Below are positions 50,317-64,000 of a DNA stretch of 64,000 bases, piece by piece (positions within the stretch are counted from its first letter, which is position 1; each line of letters opens with the position of its first letter). The notes beneath the pieces are model-generated. The model was given only the letters and a program-made list of their open reading frames with translations. It had not been told where the DNA came from and ran no database searches. The stretch is from Octopus sinensis (taxonomy: Eukaryota): NCBI RefSeq assembly GCF_006345805.1, contig NC_043004.1:58280001-58344000 (forward strand), given 5' to 3'. Both the position numbers and the translations under genes were made by a program.

Positions 50317-51856
50317 ATAATACAATAATATATTCTATATGGATGGGACTTTGTTGGTTTCTACAACGAAGATTATGATAAACATCATTTGGTCGCACTG
50401 CTTGTAAGGATGCCTGTGACTCTCTGTCACCAGCCAGTTCTATTGTTTATCATATTCAGCAGGTCAGAGGGATTGCAGTTCTGTTTGATGTAGGTCTTGA
50501 ATGAGAATTAGGTTAACTGAATTACCTCCTCTTTGATTTAGCTTATAAATGGCTGAGTACTCCACAAACACATGTCCCCTTAATGTAACTCTCAGGTAGA
50601 TTTAGTATAATACAGTGTGTAACCTTTGAATTATAGATAATTCATTTGATGGGCTTCTACATAATTTCTATCTACCATTCAGAAGGTATTGGCATACCTA
50701 AAAGCTATAAAAAAGGTTATTTGTCCAAGATGTTATGCAATAGAATTGGACTTGGGAACTCTTAGATTACACACATAAAGATATACTGAGATGGAACAAA
50801 AGCAGTTGCAATATTTACCGAATGCTAATTTAACACAAAAATCATGTTGTTATCACCTCACTTGTCAATTTTACATAATATTTTTGAAATAATACCACAT
50901 CAACAGAGTTTCAGAATATCACATTGAATGAAATCAACAAATCTTGAATAATTTTGAAAGGAACAAAAAAAAAAAATGTAAAAAAAGTTTTTTATAAATT
51001 TGAATTTTGTGATAATTCCATTCTTTCATCTTTCTTTAAAAAGAAATTGTATCTAAAAACTTTTTAATAAAAACAAATCTAAACTATAGTAATAATAATT
51101 ATTTAAAAGAGCCAGCATATTAATCTTGAAAAGTTTGTAAATTTATATTAATAAATATTAATAAATTAATTATTTTGATGTAATTAAAAGTTGTATACTA
51201 AAAATAATTAACTGTGATATAACTTTAGCATAATTTCCTTTATATTTGCTACATTGTGATTTCTATATTTCCTTTTTCTTCATTTATTTTTTTTTTAAAT
51301 TTCTTTCTTTTCATATGTTCTCTTTTGTAAAAGGCTGGCTCTGTACTATATCCTTGTGTGTATATTTCTGTATCAGATATGAATGATTTAGGAATATTAT
51401 ACAGTATATATTAACTTTCTTCCACTTTTCATTTTTGTATTTAAACAAAAAGAATACCACTCCAAATTTTTTTCTTATGTTAGAAGACTCAGAACTACAT
51501 ATCATTTATATACATGTATTTATACGTACATGCATACGAGAGTAGGTAGATACAACCTACCTACATATATATATTTCCTTTCAGATGTTCCAATGAAAGC
51601 TTGTTGATATCTATTTTGGGGATGAGCAACATCAAAATTCTATGGTACAAAGTTAAAATAATAATAAATGAAAAAAGTGAAACATACATTTGTCGTTGAC
51701 ATCATAAGAATGAAGCAACACTTTGAGCTGCACCATTCCAAAAGAAATTTATTATTTCACATTACCTCAAGGTTTATAAATTCTTATGATGTCAACAGCA
51801 TACAATTCTTGCTGGTAAGAATGAAGTTTCTAAAATAGATTGAGAAACTCAGAGAA

Positions 51857-51937
51857 TTGTTTTAGTTCAATGGCAGAATGCCAGTTATATTCACAGGAGG
51901 TGTGAGTTCGAGTTCCACTGGGAACCTTCGACTTTTT
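51857..51937 (+). pseudogene. Degenerate tRNA-like sequence or isolated SINE head
   Basis: tagttcaatgg A-box, gttcgagttcc B-box, then T5; acceptor stem broken. Confidence 0.35.
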
Positions 51938-52013
51938 CTGTCCAGAGCAATTTTTAACCCAATATTTCCATTCTATTATGTGTAGCTTTATCAACTTCAC
52001 CATTTCTAAAGAA

Positions 52014-52198
52014 GGTGGCATGTAAAAGCACCCACTACACTCTCGGAGTGGTTGGTATTAGGAAAGGCATCCAGCTGTAGAAACTCTGCCAAATCAAGAT
52101 TGGAGCCTGGTGCAGCCATCTGGTTCACCAGCCTTCAATCAAAATCGTCCAACCCATGCTAGCATGGAAAGCAGACGTTAAACAATGATGATGATGAT
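52014..52198 (+). mobile_element. Family E retroposon, tail only
   Basis: Tail and (GAT)n present, no tandem units. Confidence 0.8.
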
Positions 52199-54131
52199 AA
52201 TTTAAAAAGAAAAGAGAATGTGAACACTTCCTGTGGAAATTTTGACATTAGTCTCTTAATGCTTCATCTTTGATCTTCTCCAAGATAAGATAGTTTTCTA
52301 ACTTTGATTTATATGCTTGGATTGTATAAAGTTTTAATTTTTGCCTTAAATTTTTTTGAAATATTGGAACTCACTGGAGAGCATTCTGAAAATGTTGCAC
52401 TAATAACCCTCGCAGAAATGGTTATGAAGATGGATGGATGAATGCTAATACTTAGATATTAAGTGCAATTACCTAGTGAAATCTACAACAACATAAGCCA
52501 ATATAAAACAAGATAATATTTTATATATATATATATTCAATTCACAAAAATGGAGAATTGTTATAAATGAGTACATAGTGTGCTGACATTTCATCGCATC
52601 CTGCCACTCATGTTATGAGTTGCATTACCGAATATGACTGAAAAAATCACTCTGCAAGAAATCATATTTTCTCATGCAAAAGTAATTGAATTAATGAAAC
52701 AGTTAACAAAATATTATTCATGAACACACATCAATCTGTCAATGAAAATCATTGCCATACATTTTAGCTTAGTATCACAAATTTTATTGCTTTCACTACA
52801 ATAAAACCTAAATACGAGTCCAAAAATAATTGGGAAACTTCTACATCTACCTGGATGTATGTTCCATATTCCAATTAAAATTAGATGTTGCAATTTATAT
52901 TTAGGCTTAAAAACTGAGAGAACTAAAAACTAATTTCAGAAAAAAATACAGGTTTTGATAGCAGAAACTTTTATGTCTGAATTGAGAGCAGGCTAGTTTG
53001 TGTGGTAAAAAAGTTTGGCTCAGATATGGTTATGTGCTTAAGCAGTTTGGCTTCACAACCATATGGCTCCAAAATCAATTTGCTCTATGGTACCTTGCCC
53101 AAATGTCTTCTACTATATTCTTGGGTTGACCAATAACATACGAGCTGAATTTGATAGACAAAAACTGTGTGGATGCCCAAGTCATACTTTGTGTGTGAAT
53201 CTGGGTTGGTGGAAACTTAAGAAGTCTGTCATATGGACTGTAATTGTAGTTTGAAGGTACAGCCTTACACATACAGTGTCACGGTGATGATTTTACTTGC
53301 GAATTACCTAGAAGGTATGTGTGTTTGTAGAATCTCAGCCATTTACATGCTAATTCAATGAGCAAACGGTTCAGTTGATTGAAGTGAACTCTTGTCATTC
53401 AAGGTTACAGATATTCTTCAATATAGGTATGTTCGTGTGTGTGTTAACATTGCCAAGGAATATTGAAAAACTGGTATTTTTCAAATAAAGTACCTTGTAA
53501 TATATGCTCTGCATCATATTAGAGACACTTTTCCCTTAATTTCACTGCTAGAAATACTGTGAACTAATAATTGGTCATTTGATACTTGTAACCAGTGATA
53601 ATACTGTTCACCAATTGGGATACAAATAAGTAGAGAAAATAAGTATGTAATCAATTCATTAACAAAACAAAAAAAGCTTGTTTCTATGAATTGTAAATTG
53701 TTTCTTTTTAAATAAAGCATCAGTGCAGATCAATATCTGCAGACTTATGCTAAGTACTTAGTTCTATTTCAGTTTACCCTAACTGGGAATTGGATGCCAA
53801 CTGGAGGACATGCTGAAATAGAGAGCTAATATGACAGATTCATTAGCTTGTAGTTTTTCATTTTCTTTTTACTTTGGTTCCGTTAAGGATGCAATTAGTG
53901 ATTACTAATTAGGGAATGCAGTTCGGTTAATTTAGTAAATTTACTACTAAAAATCATATCATAAACAAGGTTCCAGTTATTTTGTAATTGCTAAAACAAC
54001 TTACTACATTTATATAAATATCAACCAAGGGCATGTTATAACTTGAGAAATTAAGAGATGGGCTAACAAGAATAGTTAACTAGTTAAAAGAGAATATATA
54101 TAAGTATATATATATATTTCTTTTTTGATCC

Positions 54132-54162
<31 letters not shown>

Positions 54163-54163
<1 letters not shown>

Positions 54164-54506
54164 GGTGGCACGTAAAAGCACCATCCGTTCATGTCCGTTG
54201 CCAGCCTCGCCTGGCCTCAGTGCCGGTGGCACGTAGCACCATCCGTTCGTGGCTGTTGCCAGCCTCGCCTTGCTCCCGTGTCAGTGGCACATAAAAGCAC
54301 CATCTGTTTGTGGCCATTTTCCAGCTCCGTCTGGCACCTGTGTGGGTGGCACGTAAAAAGCACCCACTACACTCATGGAGTGGTTGGCGTTAGGAAGGGC
54401 ATCCAGCCGTAGAAACACTGCCAGATCAGACTGGGCCTGATGCAGCCTTCTGGCTTCACAGACCCCAGTTGAACCGCCCAACCTATGCTAGCATGATGAT
54501 GATGAT
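54163..54506 (+). mobile_element. Family E retroposon with 3 tandem units
   Basis: Three ~58-60-bp units plus tail; begins at a (TA)n tract. Confidence 0.85.
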
Positions 54507-55279
54507 ATATATAAAAGAAAAAAACTGTCTAAACATTGCTAATGATGATTTTAAAATACTTTTCAAAGTATATATGCAGAAACTTTGAAAAATTGTTATT
54601 CGTTGAACACACTCTGATGTCAGTTATTATTGAAAAGAGTGAGATTAACAATATTAATGATAATAATGATGCACATATTGGTGATTAGGTGAATGGTATA
54701 GTGTGGGTTAAAGCTGCCCTTTGTAGTAGCTAGATTGGCTGCTGTCTTCCTTAAATGTAACATACCTTTGACTATAGCAAACACACTTATATAAAGTGGT
54801 TACCCCATGCAAACTGATAACTATTTACATCCCGTATCAAAATGATTCAAGACCTGACAAATCAATACAAGCTTTTCATTGGAACATCCTGATGAACACA
54901 CATATACATTGCACTTATATATATATGTATATGTATATAATGAGCATGTAATGTGTATGTATATAGTTGTACGTATGTGCATGTATACATTTATATGAGT
55001 TAAATTTAGACACAATGAAAAAGAATATAAAATAAGTGTGCAAATTATTCCATTTTATTCTTTCTTACTGTGTCCTTTCTGAGTTTGAACTTACATAAAA
55101 AAATATATATATATATACTTCTGTTTAGTGATCAATGCAATAACTTTCAAAGTGAATTGTATCATGCATCTTCTGTTGACCAGGTAAACATGGTTCAATA
55201 AGCAATAATTTCATAGCCTGGAATTAGATATTATTTCTCTTTTGATCCATGTTCAAATATTTATTCTTCTTGGGTCTTT

Positions 55280-55306
55280 TTTATTATCATTATCATTATT
55301 ATTATT

Positions 55307-55362
<56 letters not shown>
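55280..55362. repeat. (ATT)n/(ATC) microsatellite
   Basis: Direct inspection. Confidence 0.95.
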
Positions 55363-55363
<1 letters not shown>

Positions 55364-55559
55364 TCAATGCTTATTCATTCATATCTGAGACATTGTATTC
55401 TGGAAGAATCACTTGACTCAACGATGGAAGTAGATATTAGCTTGCAAAAAAACATCCTTTGATAAACTGCCAGCTCAACCTTTTAATATCATAATGTTCA
55501 AAATTCTTTTACAACTATGTTTTAGTAAATATATTTCATTATTTTCTTTTATTCATTAA

Positions 55560-55844
55560 TATATATATATACACACACACACAAACACATATATATACAA
55601 TCATATATATATATGCATATATATATACACATATATTACATACATATGCATATATATACACATACATATGTATATATATATACACATATACATATATGCA
55701 TATATATACCTACATATGAATATTTATATATATATATATACATAAATGCATATATACATATATATGCATATATATATATATATATATATATACATGCATA
55801 TATCTCCATATACATATCTATATACATAGAGATACTTACATATA

Positions 55845-55892
<48 letters not shown>

Positions 55893-56006
55893 CATACATA
55901 TATAGACATTCATACATATATATATAGACATTCATACATATATATATTATATATTCTTGTAGATACATATCTACAAATATACATATATATATGTATATAT
56001 ACATAC

Positions 56007-56042
<36 letters not shown>

Positions 56043-56257
56043 GTACATATATAGACATTCATACATATATATACATACATCTGTATATATATATATATAT
56101 ATATACATACTTGTATATATATATACATACATCTGTATATATATATATATTATATATATACATACATGTATATATATATATATACATACATGTATATATT
56201 TATATATATATATATATACATACTTGTATATATATATTACACACACACACATATATG

Positions 56258-56322
<65 letters not shown>

Positions 56323-56390
56323 AATGTATATATGTATGTATGTATAATGTATATATGTATATATATGTTATATATACACAAGTACACACA
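55560..56390. repeat. About 830-bp compound (TA)/(CA) microsatellite
   Basis: Direct inspection; recurring tagacattcatacat and catacttgtata words. Confidence 0.95.
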
Positions 56391-57886
56391 TATACAGTGT
56401 TATTGTTCATCTTCGATCATGCCCGATATTCTTAGATATTTGTAGCAACAAAAAAAAAGAACAAAAAAGTGAATCACTTTCCACTGTGTTCATTTGTATA
56501 TAATCTGAAACAAGATTTACTCACAAGACAGACATTTTTTTGTAATCATAAAAAAAAAAATTGAAAAATAAAAGTGAGCTAGTAAATGGCTACTGAACAG
56601 TTTAAAGAATGTTTTCACTTTTTTTTCCTCTCTCTTTAGACTGCTATTATAAAATTACTTCTATGGAAATTTTTTATTACGTTTATATGTATGTGTGTAT
56701 ATGTATGTATGTATATATATATATGTGTGTGTGTGTGTATACACACATAATAAGTCAACACAAATGCACATATGTATGCACCCATACACTATTGAATAGA
56801 GTCATGAATTGGAAGTGCTCTGGATAAGATTTTCGTTTTTTTTTGTCTGAAAGCTTTGTAAGCATATGTTTGTGACTATATGCTGTCATAAATGTATAAT
56901 CAGATATATGTGTGCATGTGTGTGTACGTGTGTGTGTGAGTGTATACATGAGCAGCTACTGATGTGCAGCTTATCAGTATATCTTTTCAAAAGCCTCCAC
57001 ATTCAAACAAAGAGATTCTACACAACTATACCTACATGCATAGGCAAAGTGTATCAGACTGTATCTTTCTTCATAAGCACAATTCTATTCCATGTTGCAA
57101 GTTTGGGCATGTTATAATGACAATAAATAGATTTACCTCTGCATCACAATTTATACATTCAAAATAAAGAATACAATTGCCATTATCTGCTTGAAAGGGA
57201 AGTTATTCCAAGATCTTCTGACATACATAATGCTTGTACATCAAACCAATGAGGTCTCTAAACAACCTTCTCTAAATTAAGTAGGTGTTTGTAATTCTTC
57301 TACTGATCCTTTTAAGATAATGTGTGCATACTCACACTCATATATGCAACAGTCCAAACTATTTTTAAAAGAAAGAGTAATAAGAGTGAAATGTTCTCCT
57401 CTTAGATCTCAGGTTCATTTCTTATATGATCCAAAAATTTTATAGGCAGTGATAAATAAACATATCATCTATCCAGAGATGTATGTAAGAATACACATAT
57501 ATTTATATGATGACTATAAACTTGTTAAAATGGTTAGCTGTATGCTTAGAATCTGAAATAAATTGTGTTCATGCACACTCTCAGATGCATACTTACATTC
57601 AGACATTGATAAATTCCATCAGTGTGTATCCTATATATTGGCTCTATGGTTAAGAATTATGCTTCACAATCATATGGGCTTGGGTTCAATCTTACTGTGC
57701 ATTTTCTACTTGTTGTGGTCTCTGTGAGATTTAACCTCTTAAAATTGTCAATCCCCAAAAGGATGAAAGGCAAATTTGTGTTCTGCTGAATTTGAACTCA
57801 GAATGTAAAAAGACAAAATGCCACTAAGCATGTCCAGTATGCTAATGACTCTGCCATCTTGCTGCCTTGCAGATATATAATAATGA

Positions 57887-58277
57887 GTGGAGGCGCAATG
57901 GCCCAGTGGTTAGGGCAGCGGACTTGCGGTCATAGGATCGCGGTTTCGATTCCCAGACCAGGCGTTGTGAGTGTTTATTGAGCGAAAACTCCTAAAGCTC
58001 CACGAGGCTCCGGCAGGGGATGGTGGTGATCCCTGCTGTACTCTTTCACCACAACTTTCTCTCACTCTTACTTCCTGTTTCTGTTGTACCTGTATTTCAA
58101 AGGGCCGGCCTTGTCACTCTCTGTGTCACGCTGAATATCCCCGAGAACTACGTTAAGGGTACACGTGTCTGTGGAGTGCTCAGCCACTTACACGTTAATT
58201 TCATGAGCAGGCTGTTCCGTTGATTCGGATCAACCGGAACCCTCGTCGTCGTAACCGACGGAGTGCTTCCATCATCC
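57887..58277 (+). mobile_element. SINE family C
   Basis: TSD atataataatga at 57875-57886 and 58278-58289. Confidence 0.93.
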
Positions 58278-59154
58278 ATATAATAATGATAATTAATCAG
58301 TGAATATTTACATTTAAAATCAATCTCCTGCCCTTTTTACCCTAATGCTGTTTTAATATATTCTTAAATATTAAGATACTTAGTAACTAATTAACAGTTT
58401 AAAGTCAAAATATCATGCTGATAATAATAATGATAACATTAAGACTATCAAAACCAACAAAAATAAATTGCCTTTATCAGTTATCAGACATTCAAATTAA
58501 ATAAGCTTTTACTGTGAACATGTAGCCGACTGTTATCAATTATTCCATTCCGATACTTTTATTTCTACCAAATTATTACGAATATGCACTTTAATATTTT
58601 ATATAGGCTAATGCACATCGTTTTGCATCATCATTGCACCTACTCACACTTCCCATACACCCTTACATCCATCTACATATTTCAATGTTCCACTTGCCTT
58701 ACTGTTGTTATAGTTTAACTGTTACAGTTGCTGCTGAACCTAAGAGAAGCTACAAAGGAGATTTCAATCATAAACATAATTAATTACAACTTTTCACTTC
58801 ATTGCTTAAAAGTAGAGTAACAAAAAAAAAAAAAAAAAAGTATTGTTTTTTATTATTCTTGTTGCTTTTGTTAATTTGTGAAATCACATTAGATAAAGTA
58901 CACTTATAAATCAATTAATTCCACTATTTGTTTTTGTTTTTTTAATTTGCTTTTAATATTTTTAACGCTATTTTAAAATGAATTTTTTTTTTCTCCAATA
59001 AATTTATCTATTTATTTATCTATTTTTAAATTTTGATATTTAGATGTACTGAAGAAAATGGTTTTTAATGTTAGGTATCAGTTGCTCTTAGACAAGTTGG
59101 CAGAATCACTAGAGCTTGGAAGCAATGCTTTGCAGTTTTTCTTTCACTCTTTAA

Positions 59155-59422
59155 CCCTTTAGCATTTAAACCGGCAGTGCCCCAGCATGGCCACAGCTCG
59201 TGAGCTGAAACTAGAATCAATCAATCAATCATATCCGGCCAAAAGTATTCTGCCTGTTCAAACTGGCCAGATCTGGTCTCTCACACCAACCCTACGATAT
59301 CATTTTAAACATTAACAGTTACCTCATCAAAATCTCATAGCTACAAGATAATGCATGATTAGTTCAAAACAATGTGGATAAAAAAGCATTAGTTTTGGCC
59401 GAATAATATGAACACTAAAGGG
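59155..59422. mobile_element. Second piggyBac-type MITE family, with a 55-bp retro-tail insertion (59176-59230)
   Basis: TTAA|CCCTTTAG...CTAAAGGG|TTAA; appears to interrupt a decayed SINE D. Confidence 0.8.
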
Positions 59423-59662
59423 TTAAGTTCAAAACCTATCAAGTCATGTCTACTTATCTTCCATCCAGTGTTGATAAAATAAACGACCTGCGAATGACTG
59501 AGGTTGTAGCAACCAACTAATCCCTTCTGTTCGAAACTACTGTCTTTAAGCTTAAATTAGAAACAATTATATTTTGGTTGTTGTTGAGTACTTCTCAGTT
59601 AGCTCTGACTGCGACCTATATGTGTATGTATGTGTGCATATCTATATCTATATACATTCATA

Positions 59663-60126
59663 TAGGCGCAGGAGTGGCCATATAGGCGCCGGAGTGGCTG
59701 TGTGGTAAGTAGCTTGCTTACCAACCACATGGTTCCAGGTTCAGTCCCACTGCATGGCATCTTGGGCAAGTGTCTTCTGCTATAGCCCCAGGCCGACCAA
59801 TGCCTTGTGAGTGGATTTGGTAGACGGAAACTGAAAGAAGCTTGTCGTATATATGTATATATATATATATGTGTGTGTGTATGTTTGTGTGTCTGTATGT
59901 GTTTGTGTATGTTTGTGTGTCTGTATGTGTTTGTGTGTCTAGCATTGCTTGACAACCGATGCTGTTGTGTTTATGTCCCCGTCACTTAGCGGTTCGGCAA
60001 AAGAGACTGATAGAATAAGTACTGGGCTTACAAAGAATAAGTCCCGGGGTCAATTTGCTCGACTAAAGGCGGTGCTCCAGCATGGCTGCAGTCAAATGAC
60101 TGAAACAAGTAAAAGAGTAAAGAGTA
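59663..60126 (+). mobile_element. SINE family A with duplicated first 20 nt
   Basis: tataggcgcaggagtggcca directly followed by tataggcgccggagtggctg. Confidence 0.92.
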
Positions 60127-60812
60127 TATAGCTTGGGTACAGAAACAAGATGTATGTTGGAAAAATGTGAAGTAGCTAGGATTTATATAGTAACGTATTA
60201 GTAGCACACCATTACCTGTACATTGGAAATTATTCCTAGTTTCAATAAGGGGAATTATTTTTAAAGTCAGGAAGAAAGATATGACTCATAACCTTTTACA
60301 GTCCTCTGAGACTGGTGGGCTGGAGGGAAGAAGGTACCAAGTTGAAAGTTCTTACAAAGTGAAGTTAGCCAAAGGCACCAAAGAAACTAGAAACCAGACA
60401 ATTGATTAAGTTGCTACTCAAGAGAGAATAAAATACTTTGTTAAAGAGCACAATATAATAACTATTATCTTATATTCAATAATTCAAATCTCTAACTTCA
60501 CAGACCCCATGCTTCTATTCTTTAGGAAAAATGTTCACAACACAACAAAATCTGCTTCACAACCATGTGAAGATCCCATTATGCATCAAATCTTGACGAC
60601 AATAGCCTCGAATTCACCAATTCTTTCTCAGTGGAATTAGGTAGATAGAAAGATGTATGTATGTGCATAACATATGTATGATGACCATATACAAGAGATG
60701 GACACATTCAGAGCCAGATGGTAGAGTTTGGTATAATATAATAGAATATATAGTACAATATAAACAAGTGGATTGTACACCTGATAAGTAAATTGCATAA
60801 TTATGACTTAAT

Positions 60813-61141
60813 TACTCTTTTTACTCTTTTACTTGTTTCAGTCATTTGACTGTGGTCATGCTGGAGCACTGCCTTTAGTTGAGCAACTCAACCCCAGGAC
60901 TTATTCTTTGTAAGCCTAGTACTTATTCTATCGGTCTCTTTTGCTGAACCGCTAAGTTACGGGGATGTAAACACACTAGCATCGGTTGTCAAGCGATGTT
61001 CTGGGGACAAACACAGACACACAAACTTATACACACACATACATGTATCTATATACATATATATGACAGGCTTCTTTCAGTTTCTGTCTACCAAATCCAC
61101 TCACAAGGCTTTGGTCAGCTTGAGGCTATAGTAAAAGACAC
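60813..61141 (-). mobile_element. SINE family A, head missing
   Basis: Similarity stops at ...gtaaaagacac. Confidence 0.88.
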
Positions 61142-61662
61142 ACAGTAAAATTGTGCAAAATTGTGCCATGTACAAATGGCTGAGTTGGAAGTAAATTTGA
61201 GAAAGGATTTTTACAGAAATATTCACTTTTTGTTACCAATCCTTACTTGTTTTTTACATCAAGGACTTTTAGCCCAGAGGAATAGAGGAATTACTTGCAC
61301 AAAGCTAGTGCACTATTTTTTTTACTAGAAATATTAACTAAATTCATCAGTTGCAGCCCAACCACAAACAACAACATCAGCATTTGTAGCTGAGCAACAA
61401 ATGATTACATCAGCCGAGCATAGTTTTGCAAACAGACACACATTGTTGCATACACATATACCAATACACACATGCACGCATATACTCACGTGATGAACTT
61501 CTTTCATACAATATATAAATGTGTGTGTTTAAAAGTGAAAGTGAAACACAATACTTGATAAGATTCATTTCCTTGATAGAGCCATTGTTTCATATTTTGA
61601 TGGTTCAATATTACTTTGCAATCACCTGGCCAGGCTTTCATCTTGGTAAGACTTCTAAGTTA

Positions 61663-62040
61663 GTGGAGGCGCAATGGCCCAGTGGTTAGGGCAGCGGACT
61701 CGCAGTCATAGGATCGCGGTTTTGATTCCCAGACCAGGCGTTGTGAGTGTTTATTGAGCGAAAACACCTAAAGCTCCACGAGGCTCCGGCAGGGATGGTG
61801 GTGAACCCTGCTGTACTCTTTCACCACAACTTTCTCTCACTCTTACTTCCTGTTTCTGTTGTACCTGTATTTCAAAGGGCCAGCCTTGTCACACTCTGTG
61901 TCATGCTGAATATCCCCGAGAACTATGTTAAGGGTACACGTGTCTGTGGAGTGCTCAGCCACTTACACATTAATTTCATGAGCAGGCTGTTCCGTTGATT
62001 CGGAACCCTCATCGTCGTAACCGACGGAGTGCTTCCATCC
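61663..62040 (+). mobile_element. SINE family C
   Basis: TSD acttctaagttagt at 61651-61664 and 62041-62054. Confidence 0.93.
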
Positions 62041-62499
62041 ACTTCTAAGTTAGTAGTTGCATGTGTTACTTTCTCCTGTCAATCTCATATGTGCTAATGT
62101 CATGAAACGGTCAACCTAAAATTACATCTCATATTCTCATGCACTGACCAGGTCATCTATGAACCCTGTGATGGTAGTAATTCAAGTGTTGAACCCTATA
62201 GTATGAACATATTGATAGCTGATTGATTATATTATTGAACTGAAAGAATAAATTAACGGACATTTATTGAAGCAACTTTAAAATCACCTTAGCAATTTCT
62301 TATGCATTCTCTTTATAAACACACACACAGTGGTATGGTGGTGTGATTAAGAAATTTATTTCACAGCCAAATGGTTTCAGGCTCAATCCCACTGCACAGC
62401 ACCATGGTCAAGTGTCTCCTACTGTAGGCTTGAGCTAACATGAGTAGATTTGGTAGATGGACACTAAAAGAAGCAGGTCCTATGTTTACATATATAAAT

Positions 62500-62527
62500 G
62501 TGTGTGTGTTTGTGTGTGTATCTGTGT

Positions 62528-62560
<33 letters not shown>

Positions 62561-62700
62561 ACATGCATCTATGTGTGTGTGTATGTGTGTGTATCTGTGT
62601 TGTGTGTGTGTGTGTGTGTGTGTGCACATGCATCTATGTGTGTGTGTATGTGTGTGTATCTGTGTTGTGTGTGTGTGCGTGTGTGCATGTGTTGTGTGTG
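62500..62700. repeat. (TG)n-rich repeat with a duplicated ~57-bp higher-order unit
   Basis: gcacatgcatctatgtg...gtatctgtgttg recurs. Confidence 0.9.
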
Positions 62701-62951
62701 TATGACTCCCTATCTTGATAAAATACATGCAAATTGTAAACAAATGTCACTATGAAATATGTGATATCATTTGTTTAATATCTTCCTTGCAAACATGTCT
62801 GGACAAGGTAAAATATTACCTTGCTTAAAGGCAAAAGAAGGATGTTGAAAGAAAGATCCTCCAGATGTAGAAATCTGCTTCAGCTTATTCTGTCTAACCC
62901 GTGCAAAGCAGGTATGGAAAAGGGGACATTAAAATGATGATGACGACGATA

Positions 62952-63217
62952 TCTTCTATTATATAAAATCCGTTCTGTCTGTCTGTGTGTGTGTCTTCTA
63001 GGATCTCGCGTATCCTCCATCCGATTGCGCTCAAATTTGATACGTAGATACAGACGGTATCAGGGCATGTATAAGTCTTGAAAAAATTACAAAAAAACGA
63101 TTCCAGGTGAGAATGCGATCGATAAAACCGTGGGAACGTGCATTTGTATGAGCAAGTTCATCAGCTGTTGCGATCAATACAACGCATACGCGAGAAAAAT
63201 GCACGTGCAGTTTGCGC
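62952..63217 (+). mobile_element. Helitron 5' portion (3' end missing)
   Basis: A|TCTTCTATTATATAAAA...(CTGT)n(GT)n start typical of non-autonomous Helitrons; CpG-rich; no hairpin/CTAG end found. Confidence 0.6.
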
Positions 63218-63630
63218 AAAAAAAAGTAGTACTAATACTAACATCTGTCATAAAACATTCATCTACTCCTAGCTTCTTCGGTTACCAGCAAATTACTGAG
63301 CATGGAATTCGTCTTACTAAGAAGTTAGTATTAGTACTACTCTTTCATGGCACAAAGCTGAACTGTATCTCATCTAGATTAATCCACTTCTTAATCAGTT
63401 GCACTGCATTTCTTAACATAGCTTTCATTTCTTAGTCAAAAGATTGATAACTTTGTAGTTTCTTCTCACTTGTGCATCTTCCTTTGACTTTGCTGCACTC
63501 AGAGATGATGATGATACTATACTATTTCTAGGATGACACTTTCCCCTACTACCTGATTCACCATGAAAATGAATATCCCTCCTCCAGAAATTTTAAATTA
63601 AACCATATGAAATATATATATATATATATA

Positions 63631-64000
63631 TTCTCTTTTACTTGTTCCAGTCATTTGACTGTGGCCATGCTGGAGCTCCACCTTTAGTCGAACAAATCGA
63701 CCTCAAGACTTCTTCTTTGTAAGCCTAGTATTTATTTTATTGGTCTCCTTTGCTGAACCACTAAGCTACAAAGACGTAAATGCACCAACATCAGTTGTCA
63801 AGCAATGGTGGAGGGGGACTAACAGACACACACAAATATATTCATATATATATATATTATGGGCTTCTTTCAGTTCCCATCTACCAAGTTCACTCTCAAG
63901 ACTTTGGTTGGCCTGAGGCTATAGTAGAAGACACTTGCTCAAGGTGCCACACAGTGAGACTGAACCCAGAACCATGTGGTTGGTAAGCAAGCTACTTACC
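63631..64000 (-). mobile_element. SINE family A (runs off window end)
   Basis: Colinear with family A. Confidence 0.88.

Noticed and set aside
54163-54360. Regularly spaced ~60-bp units as a CRISPR array
   Set aside because: The whole unit repeats with no unique spacers, there are no cas genes, and it is part of a retroposon with a (GAT)n tail.

Overview
AT-rich eukaryotic genomic DNA dominated by interspersed repeats and microsatellites. The SINE families and (TA)n/(CA)n density suggest an octopod cephalopod (inference, no database search). There is no prokaryotic operon, rRNA or CRISPR array, and nearly all ORFs in the supplied track are microsatellite or SINE artefacts. Contents: (1) a probable spliced gene on the minus strand, eight short phase-compatible exons from 12122 down to 4894, giving about 168 C-terminal residues of a protein I do not recognise, plus weaker candidate plus-strand exons from 18.6 to 43 kb. 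(2) Working SINE-like families: A (about 20 copies), B, C and D have tRNA-like heads, while E is a tandem-unit element with an RTE tail. (3) Truncated CR1-group and RTE LINEs, two with clear target-site duplications (TSDs). (4) DNA-transposon fossils: maT/DD37D-like mariner, Chapaev3-like, hAT-like, piggyBac-type MITEs, a 57-bp-TIR MITE and two Helitrons. The most unusual feature is a fold-back at 35.75-36.24 kb made of two head-to-head tRNA-headed elements, each carrying a degenerate Penelope-type hammerhead ribozyme motif. It abuts a second (TA)n-terminated element with its own hammerhead-like core. All family assignments come from motif recognition by eye.
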